Assembly: GCF_004010195.1 (NCBI RefSeq)
Contig: NC_057718.1
Location: forward strand, 3,570,203-3,634,202
Source of the DNA: Chiloscyllium plagiosum
Taxonomy: Eukaryota
Direction of reading: 5' to 3'
DNA: 64,000 nt
The notes beneath the pieces are model-generated. The model worked only from the letters and a program-made list of their open reading frames with translations. It did no database searches and was not told the DNA's origin. The position numbers were made by a program, and so were the translations under genes. Shown one piece after another: positions 61,566-64,000 of this stretch. Within the stretch, counting starts at the first letter, position 1. Each line of letters starts with the position of its first letter.

Positions 61566-61609
61566 GAGCCCTGTTGAAGACCAGAACATTGTGCATACAA
61601 CAGTCAATG
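61566..61609 (+). CDS. Putative cytoplasmic exon with a degenerate ITIM
   Basis: tatttatttag|G AGC CCT GTT GAA GAC CAG AAC ATT GTG CAT ACA ACA GTC AAT G|gtaagc = SPVEDQNIVHTTVN. Phase 2 start matches the TM exon donor. Confidence 0.6.
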
Positions 61610-62444
61610 GTAAGCAAACTAATTCCATCATTATTGCAACATTGGGCAGGAATTACTCTGTTCCAAATCTCTATTTAACACAGTTAGATTCCTGATGTCA
61701 TTGATAAGGTCATGGATGAAGCAGCTCATTTGTCGGATTGACAAAACTTACCATCATGGTCACTCACTGGGACATATTCACATGAGGCTGCAGATGTTCT
61801 TTCACAATCAAAATTACTCTTATTACACAAAAGAGAGAAAAAAAGACACACCACGTTGTGTGCATATATTTATTACAGTGAGAAGAACCTTGACACACTC
61901 ATTAAACAATGCTCACCCACATTCCCATCACTATCCATTACAGAGGCACAAGTCTGGAGAAAGTATACTTCAATCTCAACTCTGTATTTTCCCAATGTCC
62001 TGATTCCTGTCCATTTCTCTGTCTTGAACTCCATAACAATTCCATGTTTTTTCTCTGAATCCAAATGCATGAATCAATCGATGTTCTAATGTCTCAACAT
62101 TTTCAATTTGAACAAGCTGAAGGTTTCTGTCCCAAATTCTCCCTGTTTGGAGAAGTTCACAAATGGGAAAAACATTGCTGCTGTGGTGACTGGTTTCTTC
62201 TCCATTGAAAACTCGAGCTAGGAGAGAAACTCAAACTTCATCCTGAATTCAACTCTTAGTCGTTTTCAACTTAAACTTTGTGTTTATCAAACTGAACTCA
62301 AAACAAAACATTTACACTGTCTGTCATAAACCCAGAAGTATAGCTATTATTTATTTAACATTCCAGAGGCTTTCCCAACTCCCGGATGGCATTCATGTGT
62401 CTTCTTCGAATGGCTGCATTGAATTACTGTTCCAGAATGACTTT

Positions 62445-64000
62445 AGAACATAGAACATTACAGCGCCGTACAAGCCCTTGATGTTGCACTGACCTGTGGA
62501 ACCAATCTGATGTCCTTCAACCCTACACTATTCCATTTTCATCTATATGTTTATCCAATGACCATTTAAATGCCTCAAAATTGGTGAGTCTACTACTGTT
62601 GCATGCCCGACTACCTTCTGAATAAAGAAATTACCCTGATATCTGTCCTATATCTATCACACCTCAATTTAAAGATATGTTCCCTCATGTTAGCCATCAC
62701 TATCCAAGGAAAAAGGATCTCACTGTCTACCCTATCTAACCTCCTGATTATCTGATACTTCTCAATTAAGTCACCTCTTGACCTTATTTCTAATGAAAAC
62801 ACTCCAGCTGTTCCTCATAAATCTTTCACTCCATACCAGGCAACATTCAATAAATCTCCTCTGAACCCTTTCCAAAGCTTGTACCTCCTTCTTATAATGC
62901 CATGACCAGAACTGTGTGCAATACTCCAAGTGTGGCCACACTAGAATTTTGTACCGCTGCAGCATGACCTCGTGACTCTGAAACTTAATCCCTCTATCAA
63001 TAAAAGCTAACAAATTGCATGCCTTCTTAACAACTCTATCAACCTGGGTGGCAACTTTCAGGGATCTGTGTACCTGGACACCAATATCTCTCTGCTCATT
63101 TACACAAGAAGAATCTTACCATTAGCCCAGTACTATTTATTACTGTTGTTCCTTCCACAGTGAATCGCCTCACAGTATTTTGCATTAGAGTCCATTTGCC
63201 ACCTCTCAGTCCAGCTCTGCAGCTTATCTATGTCCCTCTGTAACCTTCAACATCCTTCAGCACAACCCACAATGCTACCAACCTTTGTGTCATCTACAAA
63301 TTTACTAACCCATCCTTCTACACAGTCATCTAGGGCATTTATAAAAATGACAAATAGCAGTGACCCCAAAACAGAACCTTGCCGTGTACCACTATTAACT
63401 GATCTCCAGGATGAACATTTCCCATCAACCACCACCCTCTGTCTTCTTTCAGCTAGCCAATTTCTGATCCAAACCATTAAATCACACTCAATCTTATGCC
63501 TCCATATTTTCTGCCATAGACTACCATGGAGAACCTTATCAAACACCTTACTGAAATCCATATACAGCACATCAACCACTTTACCCTCATCTACCTGTTT
63601 GGTTACCTTCTTAAAGTACTCAATAAGGTTTGTGAGGCACAACCTACCCTTCACAAAACCATGTGGACTATCCTCAATCAACTTATTCCTCTCCAGGCGA
63701 TTATAAATCCTATCTCTTATAACCTTTTCCAACACTTGACCTACAACCGAAATAAAGCTCACTGGTCTGTAATTACCAGGGTTGTCTTTACTCCCCTTCT
63801 TGAACAAGGGGACAGCATTTGCTATCCTCCAGGCTTCTGGCACTATTCCTATAGACAATGACCACATAAAGATCAAAGCCAAAGGCTCTGCAATCTCCTC
63901 CCTGGCTTCCTAGAGAATCTTAGGATAAATCCCATCCAGCCCAGGGGACTTACCTATTTTCACACTTTCCAGAATTTCTAACATGTCCTTCTTGTGAACT
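62445..64000 (-). mobile_element. CR1 LINE RT and 3' end, runs off the window end
   Basis: ORFs 63247-63882 (YMDFSKVFDKV..QGSVLG..KFVDDTK), 62771-63013 and 62611-62802. Confidence 0.92.

Noticed and set aside
61794-62089. Terminal cytoplasmic exon candidates (TTLCAYI resembling an ITSM)
   Set aside because: Several possible acceptors and no intact tyrosine motif; cannot choose without transcripts

Overview
Eukaryotic, repeat-rich vertebrate DNA. HE1/V-SINEs, CR1 LINEs, Penelope-type elements and Gmr1-type LTR elements point to a cartilaginous fish (shark; inference). About 70-75% (rough estimate by eye) is decayed transposon sequence. The non-repeat part holds an immunoglobulin-superfamily locus. 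(1) At 2.2-4.0 kb (+) is a small cluster of TCR-alpha-like J segments, one near-intact with a 12-RSS and three decayed. (2) There are six single-exon, germline-joined VJ domain exons with no RSS, phase 1-1 splicing and a 6-residue CDR3 (restored across a small deletion in two exons). They form two head-to-head paralogues created by an inverted duplication, plus a third unit. Gene A (minus) has a broken leader and four broken VJ exons. Gene B (plus) has an intact leader (23911-23962) and an intact VJ exon (33980-34324). Unit C (plus) has a leader, a glycosylation-rich VJ exon with an 8-nt deletion, an intact transmembrane exon and a cytoplasmic exon carrying an ITIM-like motif with His in place of Tyr. 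Together these look like a family of non-rearranging, antigen-receptor-like receptors beside rearranging J segments. No convincing C1 constant exon was found. Minimal hammerhead ribozyme cores occur in the Penelope-derived repeats. All exon models were read by eye and need transcript confirmation. Most ORFs in the supplied track are transposon fragments or spurious.
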